Shown here in pieces: positions 13,196 through 27,639 of a DNA stretch of 64,000 nt (position 1 is its first letter; every line of letters starts with the position of its first letter). Source of the stretch: Octopus vulgaris. Taxonomy: Eukaryota. The stretch covers positions 6,448,001 to 6,512,000 of the forward strand of contig OX597821.1 in assembly GCA_951406725.2 (NCBI GenBank). Direction: 5' to 3'. The notes beneath the pieces were generated by a model. It saw only the letters and a program-made list of their open reading frames with translations, did not search any database and was not told the DNA's origin. The translations under genes were made by a program, and so were the position numbers.

Positions 13196-13267
13196 TTCTC
13201 AGTAGTATAGTGGTAAATATCCCCACCTGTCATGCAGGCGACCAGGTTTCGATTCCTTGCCAGGGAG
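13196..13267 (+). pseudogene. tRNA-Asp(GTC)-derived pseudogene or SINE head
   Basis: ttctcagtagtatagtggtaaatatccccacctGTCatgcaggcgaccaggtttcgattccttgccagggag is collinear over 72 nt with eukaryotic tRNA-Asp(GTC), but has several stem-breaking substitutions. Confidence 0.85.
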
Positions 13268-13740
13268 GCTTCCATATCTCCATCCAACCAATGCCAGCAT
13301 GGAAAGTGGATGTTAAACAACAACGATGATGATTAAATGATGACAATCTTCATAATCATCAAATTTAGGCCTGCTTTTACATGCTGGCATGTTTTGAGCT
13401 GGAATTTCAGTGGCTAAGTTGTATGACAGTACTCTTTCTGATGACACCCTTTTTAGTTGCCACTTATGACCCACAGGGATACAGTGCACCTAGTCTAAAA
13501 GCACAGGATACATCTGATATTAAGTAGAATATTTAATAAGAATATATTCTAGTCCTTGTTGCTGCAATAAAACTGAACGTGATTCCAAATGGATTACTAA
13601 ACTCGGTTGTCCCACTAAAAAGCTATTATAATTCCTCACCCTTATTTTAGAACAAGGCTAGAAATATCTTCAGGTATAAGGGTAATGTATGTATTCTATT
13701 GCATATCATGTAAAAAAAAAAATCAACAAAGAGACAAATT

Positions 13741-13995
13741 GGTTATAGACAGAAGAGAATGGTCACAGTTAGAACAAGATGGTTGCAACTAGAATAGGAA
13801 AGTTACAGTTAAAACAGGATGATTACAGCCAAAATACTCAGGTCATAAATAGAACAGGAAAGCCACAGCTAAAATAGGTTGATCACAGTCTGATTAAGAT
13901 AGTCACTGCTAGAACAGGTTGGTCAAAGTTGGAGCATAATAATTATTGCTAGAATAAACAGGTCAGCTAGGGTAGGATGACCACAGCTAGAATAC
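13741..13995. repeat. Highly diverged 20-bp minisatellite (~13 units, consensus ~GGTCACAGCTAGAACAGGAT)
   Basis: Strict 20-nt periodicity from 13741: ggtcacagttagaacaagat, agttacagttaaaacaggat, agccacagctaaaataggtt, agtcactgctagaacaggtt and so on. Confidence 0.75.
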
Positions 13996-14501
13996 ATGTT
14001 ACTATCAGTTACTTCTCATTGCAACCTGTCAGCTAATGAACCAATAAAGGAGCCAGTATAGAGTCACTCAGGCTTCTAGAAACAGCAGCCAAATCTAATT
14101 CAAATCACTCTCTTATTATTTTGTCTGTATATTCTCTGTCATTTAGTGTGAGCCTTAGTAACTTCAGGTTTTATATTTGTCACACATGTCCTCGGCCAAC
14201 CTGTCTGGCCACTGTTTCTTTGATCTCCTACACAGGTTCTCACTTTCTGGATTCAGCCTGGGTATGGTTTTCACTACAGATTCATCATAATAAATGTAGG
14301 TTAACATTAAAAAAAAAAGAAAGAGAATGTGATTCTTCTTATATAAAATTATGTAGGAAACTATTAGTTTAAACATTTACATTTTAAGATGATTACTTTG
14401 TATCAAAGAACCTGAGTCAGTCTCAGATAGGTTGGTATCAAATGAGTTGAATAAATATCTTTCTACTATTTATGCTCAGAACTTGAGGAGCGCTAAATAG
14501 A

Positions 14502-14720
14502 TACTCTTTTACTCTTTTACTTGTTTCAGTCATTTGACTGTGGCCATGCTGGAGCACTGCCTTTAGTCAAGCAAATCGACCACAGGACTTATTTTTTGTA
14601 AGCCCAGTACTTATTCTATCGGTCTCTTTTGCGGAACCGCTAAGTTACGGGGACGTAAATACACCAGCATCGGTTGTTAAGTGATGTTGGGAGGACAAAC
14701 ACAGACATACAAACATATAC

Positions 14721-14779
<59 letters not shown>

Positions 14780-15178
14780 CACCAACTGATCGTGGCCGAT
14801 GCCAGACCCCTCTGGCACCTGTGCAGGTGGCACGTAAAAAGCACCCACTACACTCGCGGAGTGGTTGGCATTAGGAAGGGCATCCAGCTGTAGAAACACT
14901 GCCAGATCAGACTGGAGCCTGGGGCAGCCCCTGGCTCCCCAGACCCCGGTCGAACCGTCCAACCCGTGCTAGCGCGGAAAACGGACGTTAAACGATGATG
15001 ATGATGATGATATATACGATGGGCTTCTTTCAGTTTCTGTCTACCAAATCCACTCACAAGGCTTTGGTCGGCCTGAGGCTATAGTAGAAGACACTTGCCC
15101 AAGGTGCCATGCAGTAGGACTGAACCCAGAACCATGTGGCTGGCAAGCAAGCTACTTACTAAACAGCCACTCCTACGC
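14502..15178 (-). mobile_element. SINE family A interrupted by an RTE tail
   Basis: Family A 3' half at 14502-14774 and 5' half at 15011-15178. Confidence 0.88.
14775..15010 (+). mobile_element. RTE LINE 3'-tail fragment inserted in the (TA)n of SINE A
   Basis: Ends in gaaaacggacgttaaac(gat)n; homologous to 33330-33584. Confidence 0.85.
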
Positions 15179-16216
15179 TTAATAAATTGTTACGTATTAT
15201 CAAACTGTTAATAATAAACAGATCTAGTTAGTGTAATCCAAATCCCAGGCTGCTGGAAAGGCCCGCCATGGGGCTTAATTTCATAGCAAGAGTACACATA
15301 TGTAGCTTTTAATCCAGATATTTATTTATAACCCATTTAATAATGACTAAAACACCAAGTGACTAAAGCATCACATCATATTGATATTTGAGTCATTATC
15401 ACATCGGATAGTTCAGGATGCAGCATGGCCAAATAGTTAAAAAGTTCATTTTGTGATCAGGAGGATTTGGGTTTGATCCCACTCTTTGGTATCTCGTGCA
15501 AGTGTTTTTTATCATTGCCCCTTGGGTCACCCTAATCCATTGTAAGAAGTGAAATTGAGTCAATGGAAACTGTGTGGAAGTTTGTTAGATGGATTCTACA
15601 TGTAATTCAAAGATACTGTCATGCTGATTCTGCACACATGTCATTAAGTGGATATGGGACTTTTTGGCACAGCTGTGTTGGCATTGCTGATTTGGCATTG
15701 CTGATTTGGTGCTGATTCATTCGACATCAGACGTTTCTCTAGTTCTCTCTATTACTCTTTCTTTCTCTCTCTCTCTCTCTTTGTGTATGTGAGCATATTT
15801 CTCTTTATGAGGAAGGAAATGTATATATCATTTGTGTTCATTTAATAAATTGTAATATTTCTCTCTCTCGTCCCACACCTCTATCTGTAAGTGTATATCT
15901 CAACTCATGCAAGAGTGTGTTTGCCTCAGTACTGTCACATCCAGTCAGCTGTACCAGAATGACACCTTCAAAAACAATCATACCCTGTTGTCTCATTCAG
16001 TCATTAAGGCCACACATGTTTGCCACTGCCAGGCTATTTCAATGGGTAACTAACTCAGTTATTTGAATGACTAAATCCTCATCATTGAAACTAAAAGATA
16101 TCCATTCTCTTCATTTTACTTCAATTCAATACCAACTTTCATTCCTCACTCATCCTCATTCATTTCCAATTATCTTTCTATTTTCATTTCTTCTCTTCTC
16201 TCAATTACTCTCTGTT

Positions 16217-16411
16217 ACTCTTTACTCTTTTACTTGTTTCAGTCATTTGACTGCGGCCATGTTGGAGCACCGCCTTCAGTCGAGCAAATCGACCCCGGGA
16301 CTTATTCTTTGTAAGCCCAGTACTTATTCTATCGGTCTCTTTTGCCGAACCGCTAAGTGACGGGAACGTAAACACACCAGCATCGGTTGTCAAGCAATGC
16401 TAGGGGGACAA

Positions 16412-16442
<31 letters not shown>

Positions 16443-16607
16443 CATATATACGACAGGCTTCTTTCAGTTTCCGTCTACCAAATCCACTCACAAGGCATTG
16501 GTCGGCCTGGGGCTATAGCAGAAGACACTTGCCCAAGATGCCACGCAGTGGGACTGAACCCGGAACCATGTGGTTGGTTAGCAAGCTACTTACCACACAG
16601 CCACTCC
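16217..16607 (-). mobile_element. SINE family A (full length, young)
   Basis: Near-identical to 40682-41082 and 49906-50311. Confidence 0.9.
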
Positions 16608-17099
16608 TGAATCTTTAACATTTAATTTAAGGTGGTACGAACAAAGATTCCTAGATCAAGACTTTAAAAAAGAGAATACCCTAGTATTTTAGCAAATAGT
16701 GTATTTCAAATATCACTCATATTTTGGCACCATTCTTCTAAAATGCATCTTTTACTCCATAAACTCACTGTAGAAATCCTTTTGCTGTGGGTGGATGGGT
16801 GGGGCGGGGTGGGGGGACATCCAAACTGACTGTAATTCTATTTGAATTTCACTTCCAGTCTGAAAGCTGTGACCATTCAGGTCCAGTTATATTTCCAGAA
16901 ACATGGCAATATCATAAGGCTATCGATCAGCCAAGAATGTGAATGGATGGTGTATATAGAATGATAGCCATTTTGGTCTTTGTTAAAAATCTCAAAATCA
17001 AATGCTGCATGTTCAGGTTTTCTATAAAAATCTCCAAGCATATTCCACAACTGATTCTAGTCACATGAGAGAGAAGACGGACATTCAGTAGAGGCCCTC

Positions 17100-17440
17100 A
17101 TCTTTTACTGGTTTCAGTGACCATGCTGGGGCATCACTTCGAAGGATTTTTAGTTTAACATATCAACCCTGGTAACTTATTTTGAAGTGTGTTATATCTT
17201 CTCTTGATTGCTTTCTACTGAACCATCAAGCTATGGGGACATAAACAAACCAGTATAGATACAAAGATACACTCACATGCACACACATATATGACAAGCT
17301 TCCACACAGTCTCCATCTACCAAAATCATTCTCAAGGCATTGGCCTGTCTGAGGTTAAAGTAGAAGACAGTTGCCCCAGGTGCCACACACTGGGACTGAA
17401 CCTGGTTGCAAAGTTCGTGAGTTTCTTCACCACACGGCCA
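17100..17440 (-). mobile_element. SINE family A (old, diverged)
   Basis: Degenerate match to family A along its length. Confidence 0.65.
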
Positions 17441-17576
17441 CATCTTGCTTCTCCCACCCCCATTTCTGGTATTATACTAGTGATGGTCACCTCAAACACT
17501 CAGCCAGCCTTAAAATTTGCTTGCCACTTAAAAACATGGGATTGATCTGAAGAATGATTACCAAAAGCCTGATGAA

Positions 17577-17639
17577 GCATTTCAAGGTTCTCAGTAGCAT
17601 TTCAAGGTTCTCAGTAGCATTTCAAGGTTCTCAGTAGCA
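17577..17639. repeat. Perfect 20-bp tandem triplication (gcatttcaaggttctcagta)x3
   Basis: Direct inspection. Confidence 0.95.
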
Positions 17640-18104
17640 AATATGTCAAGCTTCATCTAAAATCTGATGTTGACATGGAGTTTGAATTTGTCAACCATCT
17701 TAAAAATTCAGATGTTTTTCCACAATGTTACAAATCCTTACACAATAACAGAACACAAATAGTTATTTTTTTATTTTATTTTATCTAGTTTCAGCTCACG
17801 AGCTGTGGCCATGCTGGGGCACCGCCATTTACAAAATAATGGCAAACCAACCTAAAAGTTTGGTTGCCAATGATCATCACCTGTGCACATTTTTCCATTG
17901 AGTAACACAATCTCAGCATGTACAGTCTGGAAAATTCCTGATAACGCTTTATATATTATTTAACCCCCTTTCTCTCACTTTTTTTTATTTCTTTCATATT
18001 CCATGTTTCTTTTTTGCATTTTCTTTCATTTTGTTCTTCTCACCCTGTCTATCTCTACATCTTTCCCTGTTATATATCTTTCTCTTTCTCTCTCCCCTTC
18101 CACT

Positions 18105-18208
18105 TATGTGTGTGTGTGTGTGTTTGTGTGTGTGTATGTGTCTGTGCACATGTGTGTATATATATAAATATATACATATATATATTTATATATGTATATG
18201 TATGTATG

Positions 18209-18300
<92 letters not shown>

Positions 18301-18334
18301 TATACATATATATAAATATATAAATATATATATG

Positions 18335-18395
<61 letters not shown>

Positions 18396-18504
18396 ATATA
18401 ATTAAATATAATTAAGGGTTTATGTATGTATGTATGTATGTATGTGTATATCTTTTTCTGTGTATCAGTATATATCTTACTTTGCATCTTACTATATGTC
18501 TATA

Positions 18505-18561
<57 letters not shown>

Positions 18562-20134
18562 GCTATCTCTTTCCCTCTGTCACTTTTTCTGTATATCTGT
18601 AGACGTCTCTTTCTCTTTCTTTCTCTATCTTTCTCTCTGTCACTTTCTCTTTACTTCTACAGTTACTCTGCAACCCCAGATATTAACACACCTTCCCTCT
18701 TTTTCTCCCCCTCCCCTCCTCCTCCTTCTACTCCTCTCTATCATTTACTTATTGGCTTGTAACATTGTGCTTACTCACCTCTCTCCCACCTTTTACCTAC
18801 CTCACCTGTAATCACTGCTATAGTAACCATCTTTGCCTTTCTGCCTCACCCATCATAGCTTGCTACCTTTTCGCTCAGACCTGGTGCTTCCACCACCACC
18901 ACCACCACCACCACCACCACCATTGTCAGCATCATCATCATCATCATCACCACTACAATCACCAGCGACACTATCACCACCACTCCTATTGTTGCCATCA
19001 CCAACACACTAACAGCACTACTGCCACCACCACCATCACCACCATCATCACCATTGTCAGCATCATCACCATCACTACCACCACCATACCATCACCACCA
19101 CTGCCGCCGCCGCCGCCGCCACCACCGCCGCCGCCACCACCACCAACACCAACACCACCACCACCATTACCATTGTCAGCATCATCACCATCACTACCAC
19201 CACCATACCATCACCACCACTGCCGCCGCCACCACCACCACCACCACCACCACCACCACCACCACCACCACCACCACCACCACCACCACCACCACCACCA
19301 CCACCACCACCACCACCACCACCACCACCACCACCACCATTACCATTGTCATAAAAGTCCCACCATCAGCAGAGCACCTCCTGTACAAAAGTTATGGTTT
19401 ACAAGAGGGTATTTTTTTTTTACCCCTCTTACTCACACCATCACCACTGTTACTGTTGATGATACTGTTATTAGTGTTGTTGTTGTTGTTGTTACAGTTA
19501 CCAGTTGTTACTGTTGTAATAACTGCTGCTGCTGCTACTACTACTATTGTGGTTGTTGTTACTATTATTACTACTATTACTCTTGTTTACTACTGTTGCT
19601 GCTACTGATGTAGTAGCTATTATTGTAGTTGTTACTGCTGTTGTTGTTTTAGTTTCTACAGTTGTTGTTGTTGCTGCTGCTGCTTCTGGCCCCTAAACTT
19701 ATTGCTCACACTAAGGGGAAAGGGAAACAGTCCCATAACAAGAAGTTGTACATCATTTTTACAGTTGCTGTACACATAACAGTATTCCCCCCCTCTCTCT
19801 CTCTCTCTCTTCCTGCACCCAGCCAAGCCCCACCACCTCAAAAACATGGGGGCACCCACCTACCTATATGACCGTACACCCTACAACCTTATATATAAAT
19901 ATACATGCTTAGTTGCCTTACACACACACGCACAAACACACATACAAACACACATGTACACATGCACATATATTCACATACATGCACATAGATACACAGA
20001 TGTACTTACACATGCACATACATGCATTTACACAGATGCATGCACACATGCACACACACACACACACACACATCTTCCACTTTCATAAATGGCTCTTCCC
20101 TTATCATTCTTATACTCTCTGACATCCTGCTCTT

Positions 20135-20180
<46 letters not shown>

Positions 20181-20182
20181 GC

Positions 20183-20244
<62 letters not shown>

Positions 20245-21211
20245 GAAGAAGAAGAAGAAGAAGAAGAAGACTTCCCTATCACAGCCACTGCCATCACCCC
20301 CTGCACAAACACCACCAATGCTACCACCACCACCATCACCACCACCACCGTGACTGTCACTGCCACCACAGCCACCATTACTACAGGGGTGAGGGGCTTA
20401 CCACGACCCCTACCACTGTCTGCAGAAAACTTTCCTCTCATATGTATAAACGATGACGATGACGACGACCACCACCACCACCACTGCTACTGCCACCATC
20501 ACAACATGAATAATGACGACCATGATCATGGCCATCACTGCCATCACCATCACCACAACTACCATCACTACCATTATCACCACCACCACCACCACCACAT
20601 CTTGTTGCTACATTAACATCCACCCCACTCCACCCCAACACTGCTACCACTGTCTGTTGGAAAACCCCCTTCTGTCTAACACCTCATACCCACCATACTG
20701 TTCCTCCTGTTACCACAACCATTACCTTCTGCATGAATCCCACCACCAAGACCTCCACAACCATCCACCCCATCATTAGCTAGAGTCATGTGTTCTCTTC
20801 TCCACTGCTGCCACTCCCCCCTCATTGCATATAACCCCTTCTTCATCTTGCAGGCTTTCACAACTCTGAGAGTTAAAGGATCTCCTGCTTCTCCGCCTAC
20901 TTACCTTACCCAGCCGCCAACTCCAAACCTGACCCCCACCCCTCCACCACCACCCGTTAAGTACTGCAGTTTTCTTCATTTAAAGAACATCAACATTACT
21001 CCTCACCATCACCCCATCATCACCACCATCACCAACTCATCCACCTCCATCCCCATAGCATCCATCTCCATTTTTATCTGCTGCCACCCACTCCTTCACC
21101 ACCACATCACGCCACACAACACCTCACCTTTACTGCCTTCATATTCCAAGCACTTTTTGTATTCCGCTTCTTGCATCCTTACCAAATTTATATACTTACT
21201 GATGGTGTCAG

Positions 21212-21253
<42 letters not shown>

Positions 21254-21309
21254 TACATATATATGTATATATGCAAACACACAATACACACACACACGCA
21301 CATACACAT

Positions 21310-21386
<77 letters not shown>

Positions 21387-21450
21387 TGTATATATATAAA
21401 ATATATATATGTATTTTATATATTTAGAGAGAAAGAGAGAGAGAGAGAAC
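18105..21450. repeat. Microsatellite-rich block: (TA)n, (CT)n, (CAC)n, (AAT)n, (CA)n; includes a ~119-bp duplication at 19051/19170
   Basis: Direct inspection; source of the poly-H/P/T ORFs. Confidence 0.9.
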
Positions 21451-21544
21451 TTGAATTATATCCCCTCCTATATACACATATACACACCTTTTACAGTCTC
21501 TTTAAATAAACTGTTTACACTTTGCTTTACCTTTCAATATTATA

Positions 21545-22040
21545 TACTGGGTGCGGTGAATAAACTGTCGTCTAAATTACGCAAAACTGAAAATGACATT
21601 GACATCTCATTTTAACAGATATATTTGCCAAAATTACAAAAAATATCTTGAAATATTAAAGAATAAATTTATTCAATAAAATCGCCATTGGTTTTGACCA
21701 CAGCCTCCAGACAACTTCTAAATCTTCTGCAACTCTTCTAGATAATTTCCTTGTTTAAGTTGGTGAATGCTGTCATAATCTTTGCCTTCAGTTCATCTTT
21801 GCTGTTACAAGGAGTTTTGTTAGTCTCTTGCTCAACAGCACCCCACACATAATAATCAAGGGGGTTGCAGTCTGGGGAGTTAGGCAGCTAGATGTCAGAG
21901 GTGATGTGGTTGCGGAAATTGTCTGACAGCCATGACTGAGTTCTCCAGCTTGCATGGCATGGTGCAGAATTCCTGTTACCAGACATAGGGTCTTCCAGCA
22001 GCCACCCTCTTGACCCAAGGCAGCACTACCTCCTCCAGGC
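21545..22040 (-). mobile_element. Tc1/mariner superfamily DD37D (maT-type) transposase relic, 3' part
   Basis: With one frameshift and stops: RPYVW*QDSAPCHASWRTQSWLSDNFRNHITSDI*LPNSPDCNPLDYYVWGAVEQETNKTPCNSKDELKAKI...SCRRFRSCLEAVVKTNGDFIE*; 37 residues separate the 2nd and 3rd catalytic Asp. Confidence 0.8.
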
Positions 22041-22388
22041 CTGGGTTCTCATTCCTAAGGTATTTTTTGATGTTATTATTATTATTGTTAAGGTCACTGC
22101 TTGGAATCGAACTTGGAATCTTAAGGTTAGTAGCCTGCACTCTTAACCACTATGCATATGGCGTGGTGGTTAAGAGCGCAGACTACTAATACCAAGTTTG
22201 ATTCCAAGCAGTGACTTGAAGAAGAAGAAGAATAACATCGAAAAATAACTTAGGAATGAGAACCCAGGTTCCAAATTTCCCCAAGACACCTGAAGAAGGC
22301 TGGAGGGTATATCAGCTGAAACGTTGTGTCAACAACAAACAAGATAAAGACAAATATCCATCAAATATAAATAATGCAAATAATGTAT
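22040..22388. mobile_element. Family G element: inverted 5' part (22040-22155, minus) head-to-head with a full copy (22155-22388, plus) carrying a hammerhead
   Basis: Head gcatatggcgtggtggttaagagcg...ttgattcc, then an (AAG/AAT)n spacer, aggaatgagaacccagg and the hammerhead motif; the left segment is the reverse complement of the 5' half. Confidence 0.85.
22285..22330 (+). ncRNA. Minimal type-I hammerhead ribozyme motif (family G)
   Basis: GACAC-CUGAAGA-A-GGCUG-gagggtatat-CAGCU-GAAAC-GUU-GUGUC: stem I GACAC/GUGUC, stem II GGCUG/CAGCU, palindromic ACGU stem III. Confidence 0.72.
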
Positions 22389-22389
22389 C

Positions 22390-22940
22390 ACAATAGAACT
22401 CACGATTGACAGTTTGACTTTGAGGGATGAATTCTTGATCCACAATATCACATTTCCAAGGGTGATGCTCATGGAATTGCACCCAGATTACTCATCATCT
22501 TCCAGATTGCTCATTGTCTTTCAGGGACGTTCTTCCACTTTTGAAGCACCTGTGCCATTCAAAACATTATATACAACTCATTTCCTCATTGAAAATAGAA
22601 ATAATGCATTTCTAAATCTCCCAAAGAGATTTATGCAGTAGCATAAATACAGGAAATGTGTCAAGTCCAACAGGAAACGGTGTTTCCTATGGCTAAATAA
22701 CAGTAGCATTCTTCCCTTTCATGGGACTGTCGCATTAAGTTGACAACATACTATCATTTCCTCATTGTTGTAATCTTGCTGAAGCCTGCTCAATGTCTCT
22801 GTAGCAGACTTCCCAAGTTTTAGTGCAGAATTTCACACTGGTTCTTTGTTCCTGTCCATGACAAAATCGCAGACTATTGCATATACGTAATCACAAATAC
22901 ACAAATTTCACAACTTGCAAAGCAAACACCCAATGCTACC
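22390..22940 (-). mobile_element. Mariner-type transposase N-terminal relic
   Basis: Fragments translate approximately as TSVKFC..LGKSATETLSRLQQDY and EEMSCI*CFEWHRCFKSGRTSLKDNEQSGR, the mariner HTH/GRP region. Confidence 0.7.
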
Positions 22941-23068
22941 AAATTTCAAGCAGTGGTAGAACAAAAGTTTTCCATTATGATTTGTGATTAAATTAATGAG
23001 TAAGGTTAATATTTATAATGAATTTGCTATTTCCAATGCGTGTGCAGCACACACCTAGCACACCCAGA

Positions 23069-23100
<32 letters not shown>

Positions 23101-23254
23101 AGGCTTGAAACATCAAAGACTATCTCACTTTCTCGAGTGTCAAACTAATACACTTGCTTGTTGTTCATACACCAGTCTTTGTCTTTTGTTTTCCTGTAAA
23201 TTTCAAATATATATATATATATACATACATATATATATACATATATATATCTTC

Positions 23255-23545
23255 TCACAAGGCATTGGTCAGCCTGAGACGATAGTAGAAGACACTTGCC
23301 CAAAGTGCCATACAGTGGAACTGAACCTGGAATCATGTGGTTGGGAAGTAAGCTTCTTATCACACAGCCACTCCTGACAGGCTTCTTTCAGTTTCCTATT
23401 TCTTATTTCTTATTTCTTTATTGCCCACCAGGGGCTAAATATAAAGGGGACAAACAAGGATAGACAATGGAATTAAGCCGATTACATCGATCCCAGTGCA
23501 TAACTGGTACTTAATTTATCGACCCCAAAAGGATGAAAGGCAAAC
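23255..23545 (-). mobile_element. SINE A fragments followed by a SINE B 3' fragment
   Basis: Homology to family A (23255-23397) and family B (23398-23545). Confidence 0.7.
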
Positions 23546-25132
23546 TGTCTACCAAACAGCTTTCACTGTAAGACATTCTCTTCATTAAATCTCTGCAGGA
23601 GATCACTAAAAGTTTGGTATCTTCTAACAATATAACAATACCATTCTCTCCAAGTGTGTCAAGCATCTTTGATGCTCCCAAAGAATGTCAGCTTTCTTGT
23701 GGCCCACACTATATATAAGTTGTTTTTTGTTTTCTTTTTCTTTCTTTACTTCTTATTATCCATTCAGCCACCCCATCAACACGAAAGTAGTATAGAAGGC
23801 AAAATAGATGCAATGGCAACGGATTGTGAAGTTGATGCTTTTGTGAAAACAGCTGCAACACTACTCCCACCCACCACCATTGATTCTGTGCACCCTTTCA
23901 CTTTTGACCCCTAACAGTGCTTTGACTTTCCTGAGACATCCACATGCCAGCTTTCAAAAAGAACCTCCTTGTTTTCTCCAATTTCAGATGGTCAACAATC
24001 TGGCTGGCTGGCTGGCTGGTTTGTCTGTTTGTCAGTCGGCTGGTTGACTGGTTGGTTGGCTAGTTGGGTGGTTGGTTAGTTAGTTTGTTGGCTGGTTGGC
24101 TGGTTGGCTGGTTGGTTGGTGGTATGTGGAGGTGTGATGGGAGTAGTGAGAGAGAGCGAGAGAGGCATGAATCATTGTTTTCTTGATTCTTTGTTGCAAA
24201 TTACTGTTCTTTTGCTGTCAACCTTAATTAATTACTGGTTAATGGAAGCTCTACCTTATTCTCCCTATTAGTCCCCCCCTCTCTCCCTCTCTCCTTCTTG
24301 ACCCTTTATTTCCTCTATACATGCCTGTGTGCCTGTGAGGTGTGTGTGTGTGCATTTATGTGTGTATCTCTGCTTTCCTTATTTATCTTTTCGTGTATAT
24401 TTGAGTGTGTTTGTGATTGAAAGTATGTTTATGTGTCCATGCAAATATGAGTGTAGATTCTTCTTCTCCTCCTCTTCACCACCACCACCGCTGCAACCGC
24501 CGCCGCCTCTGCCACCACCACCACCACCACCACCACCACCATTACTATCATCAGCAGCAGAAGAAGCAGCCCTTCCTGTTTAGTGTTTACCAAAGGGATC
24601 TTAAAAACAGGGATCAGTCTCTCTCTCCCTCCCTCCCTCTCCTTTCACCTCACACATGCACACACACACACACACACACACACACGCATGCACACACATG
24701 CATGCACACACAAACACACACACATGCACATTAGGCATACACTCACTGAAGCTCTGTATTCATCTTGTTGCCATGGTAATACTATTGTTGTAGATGCTAC
24801 ATTCATAAGCTTTCTTTCTTGCATTATCCTTATCTTCAACCCCATCTTCTCCCTAATCTGAAACATCCACTGCCCCCATTATGGTTCTCTGTTGTTTTAT
24901 TAATAATTTTTAATTGTCACATCTTGATTTCCCTTTCTGACATTCTTACCCTAATTTCCCCCTACACAAACCCTCAACATGCTTCCAGCTAACTCAGCAT
25001 CTTAATTGCCCCTTTTCTCATTCTCTGCCCCCTCCAGCTCTCCTTCCATAATTCTTACATCACCAACTTTGTCATCTTCACTTTGATTGTTGAATTACAC
25101 TTACTGATATATATACATACATACATACATAC

Positions 25133-25540
25133 TAGGTCTGATCAATAATTATCCGGACTGTTGCCATAGTAATGAAGCTAAAGCACGAAGAGTGAAGCCA
25201 TTTGACACAGACTGAGCTTCAACTCTGCTTTGCGTATGCACTAAGTTTTAACGTTCTAGCTCACTTCCACTGTTTATTGCAGTGCTTGGAAGGAAGGTGT
25301 GTAGTGTGTGATCATCGCAGTGACCATGATAGAGAAAGTTGTCATGGCTATGCCTACCCAGACTCCTATGCAAAGTTGCAGAAAGAGTATGGAGAGGAGT
25401 GTATGAACTACACACTAATGTATGAGTGGTTCAAGCATTTCGAAGATGGTCGAATAAATGTCGATATCGACAAATGTTCTGGGAGACCCGCAACCAACAG
25501 GACTGAAAGAACATTGCAGATGTTCATGCAGCTGTGAGGG
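25133..25540 (+). mobile_element. Mariner-like transposon 5' relic
   Basis: Starts with TIR-like ta-ctaggtctgatcaataattatccggac; encodes YAKLQKEYGEECMNYTLMYEWFKHFEDGRINVDIDKCSGRP (mariner HTH). Confidence 0.75.
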
Positions 25541-25561
25541 GAAATATATATATATATTTCT

Positions 25562-25787
25562 GCGAGCTGGCAGAACCGTTAGCACGCCGGGCGAAATGCG
25601 TAGCCGTATTTCGTCTACCGTTATGTTCCGAGTTCAAATTCCGCCGAGGTCGACTTTGCCTTTCATCCTTTCGGGGTCGATAAATTAAGTACCAGTTACG
25701 CACTGGGGTCGATATAATCGACTTAAATTCGTTTGTCTGTTCTTGTTTGTCCCCTCTATGTTTAGCCCCTTGTGGGTAGTAGAGAAA
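25562..25787 (+). mobile_element. SINE family B (young)
   Basis: gcgagctggcagaaccgttagc...gagttcaaattcc...gccccttgtgggtagtagagaaac; flanked by (TA)n. Confidence 0.9.
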
Positions 25788-25788
25788 C

Positions 25789-25840
<52 letters not shown>

Positions 25841-25863
25841 TATACATATACACACACATATAT

Positions 25864-26782
<919 letters not shown>

Positions 26783-27135
26783 ATTTATGCAATTCTCAGA
26801 AAAAGAAAATGGGATGGATGGGATAATTTCAAGAAAGTGAAAATTAATCTTTAAGATTAATTAACATATTTGGGAGGAGATCTGATCTTTGCTTCCTGGC
26901 AAGAGATAATTATATATTTCAAGGAACTGAGGAATTTTTGCATACATTATTCAATTAACTCAATAAATACAGAATCTTTTGCGAAGTAAATGATATTGAT
27001 TTTCATCATCATCAACACCACCATCTCCACCACCACCATCTGGAGCTCTACTATGGTCTATCCATAGCACTTACTTACTCAGCATTACCTGACACCTTTG
27101 GGTCTTATTGACACCATTACCTCTCATAACCTTTG

Positions 27136-27167
<32 letters not shown>

Positions 27168-27168
27168 G

Positions 27169-27234
<66 letters not shown>

Positions 27235-27639
27235 TTATGACCCGTCTTTGCCGAGTCATAGTGCTAGTGCATGTATATATGTGTATATATATATGTACAT
27301 ATTACATGTACATCTATATATATATATATTATATATATATATACATACATCTACACATAAAATACAAAATACAAAGTTATATCTTGATATCGCTAGTGAT
27401 AACAATACTCAAAATATATAACAGACTGGAATTGTAGGACTATTCCATTTCTGCATGCTAATTTTATTTTTTATTTATTCCCATTCATGTGAAACCACTG
27501 ATTCAAGTTCAAATCATTGATGCAATTTTATACTAATTGCTATTTTTACTTTTGTTATGTTACGAATATATTATATTTTAGTTTGATTTAATTATTACTT
27601 AATACATATAATTCAATTGTTATTATTATCTCTAATTTT

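Noticed and set aside
13196-13267. Functional tRNA-Asp gene
   Set aside because: Acceptor and T stems have mismatches, and an RTE tail follows instead of a T-run terminator.
16789-16816. G-quadruplex-capable G-run cluster
   Set aside because: Isolated low-complexity G tract with no promoter or other functional context.
17570-17600. ctgatga hammerhead-like box
   Set aside because: No stem II or GAAA box follows.
18765-21399. Poly-His/Pro/Thr ORFs (282 aa, 203 aa and others)
   Set aside because: (CAC)n and related simple repeats with no domain signal; a real His-rich exon cannot be supported.
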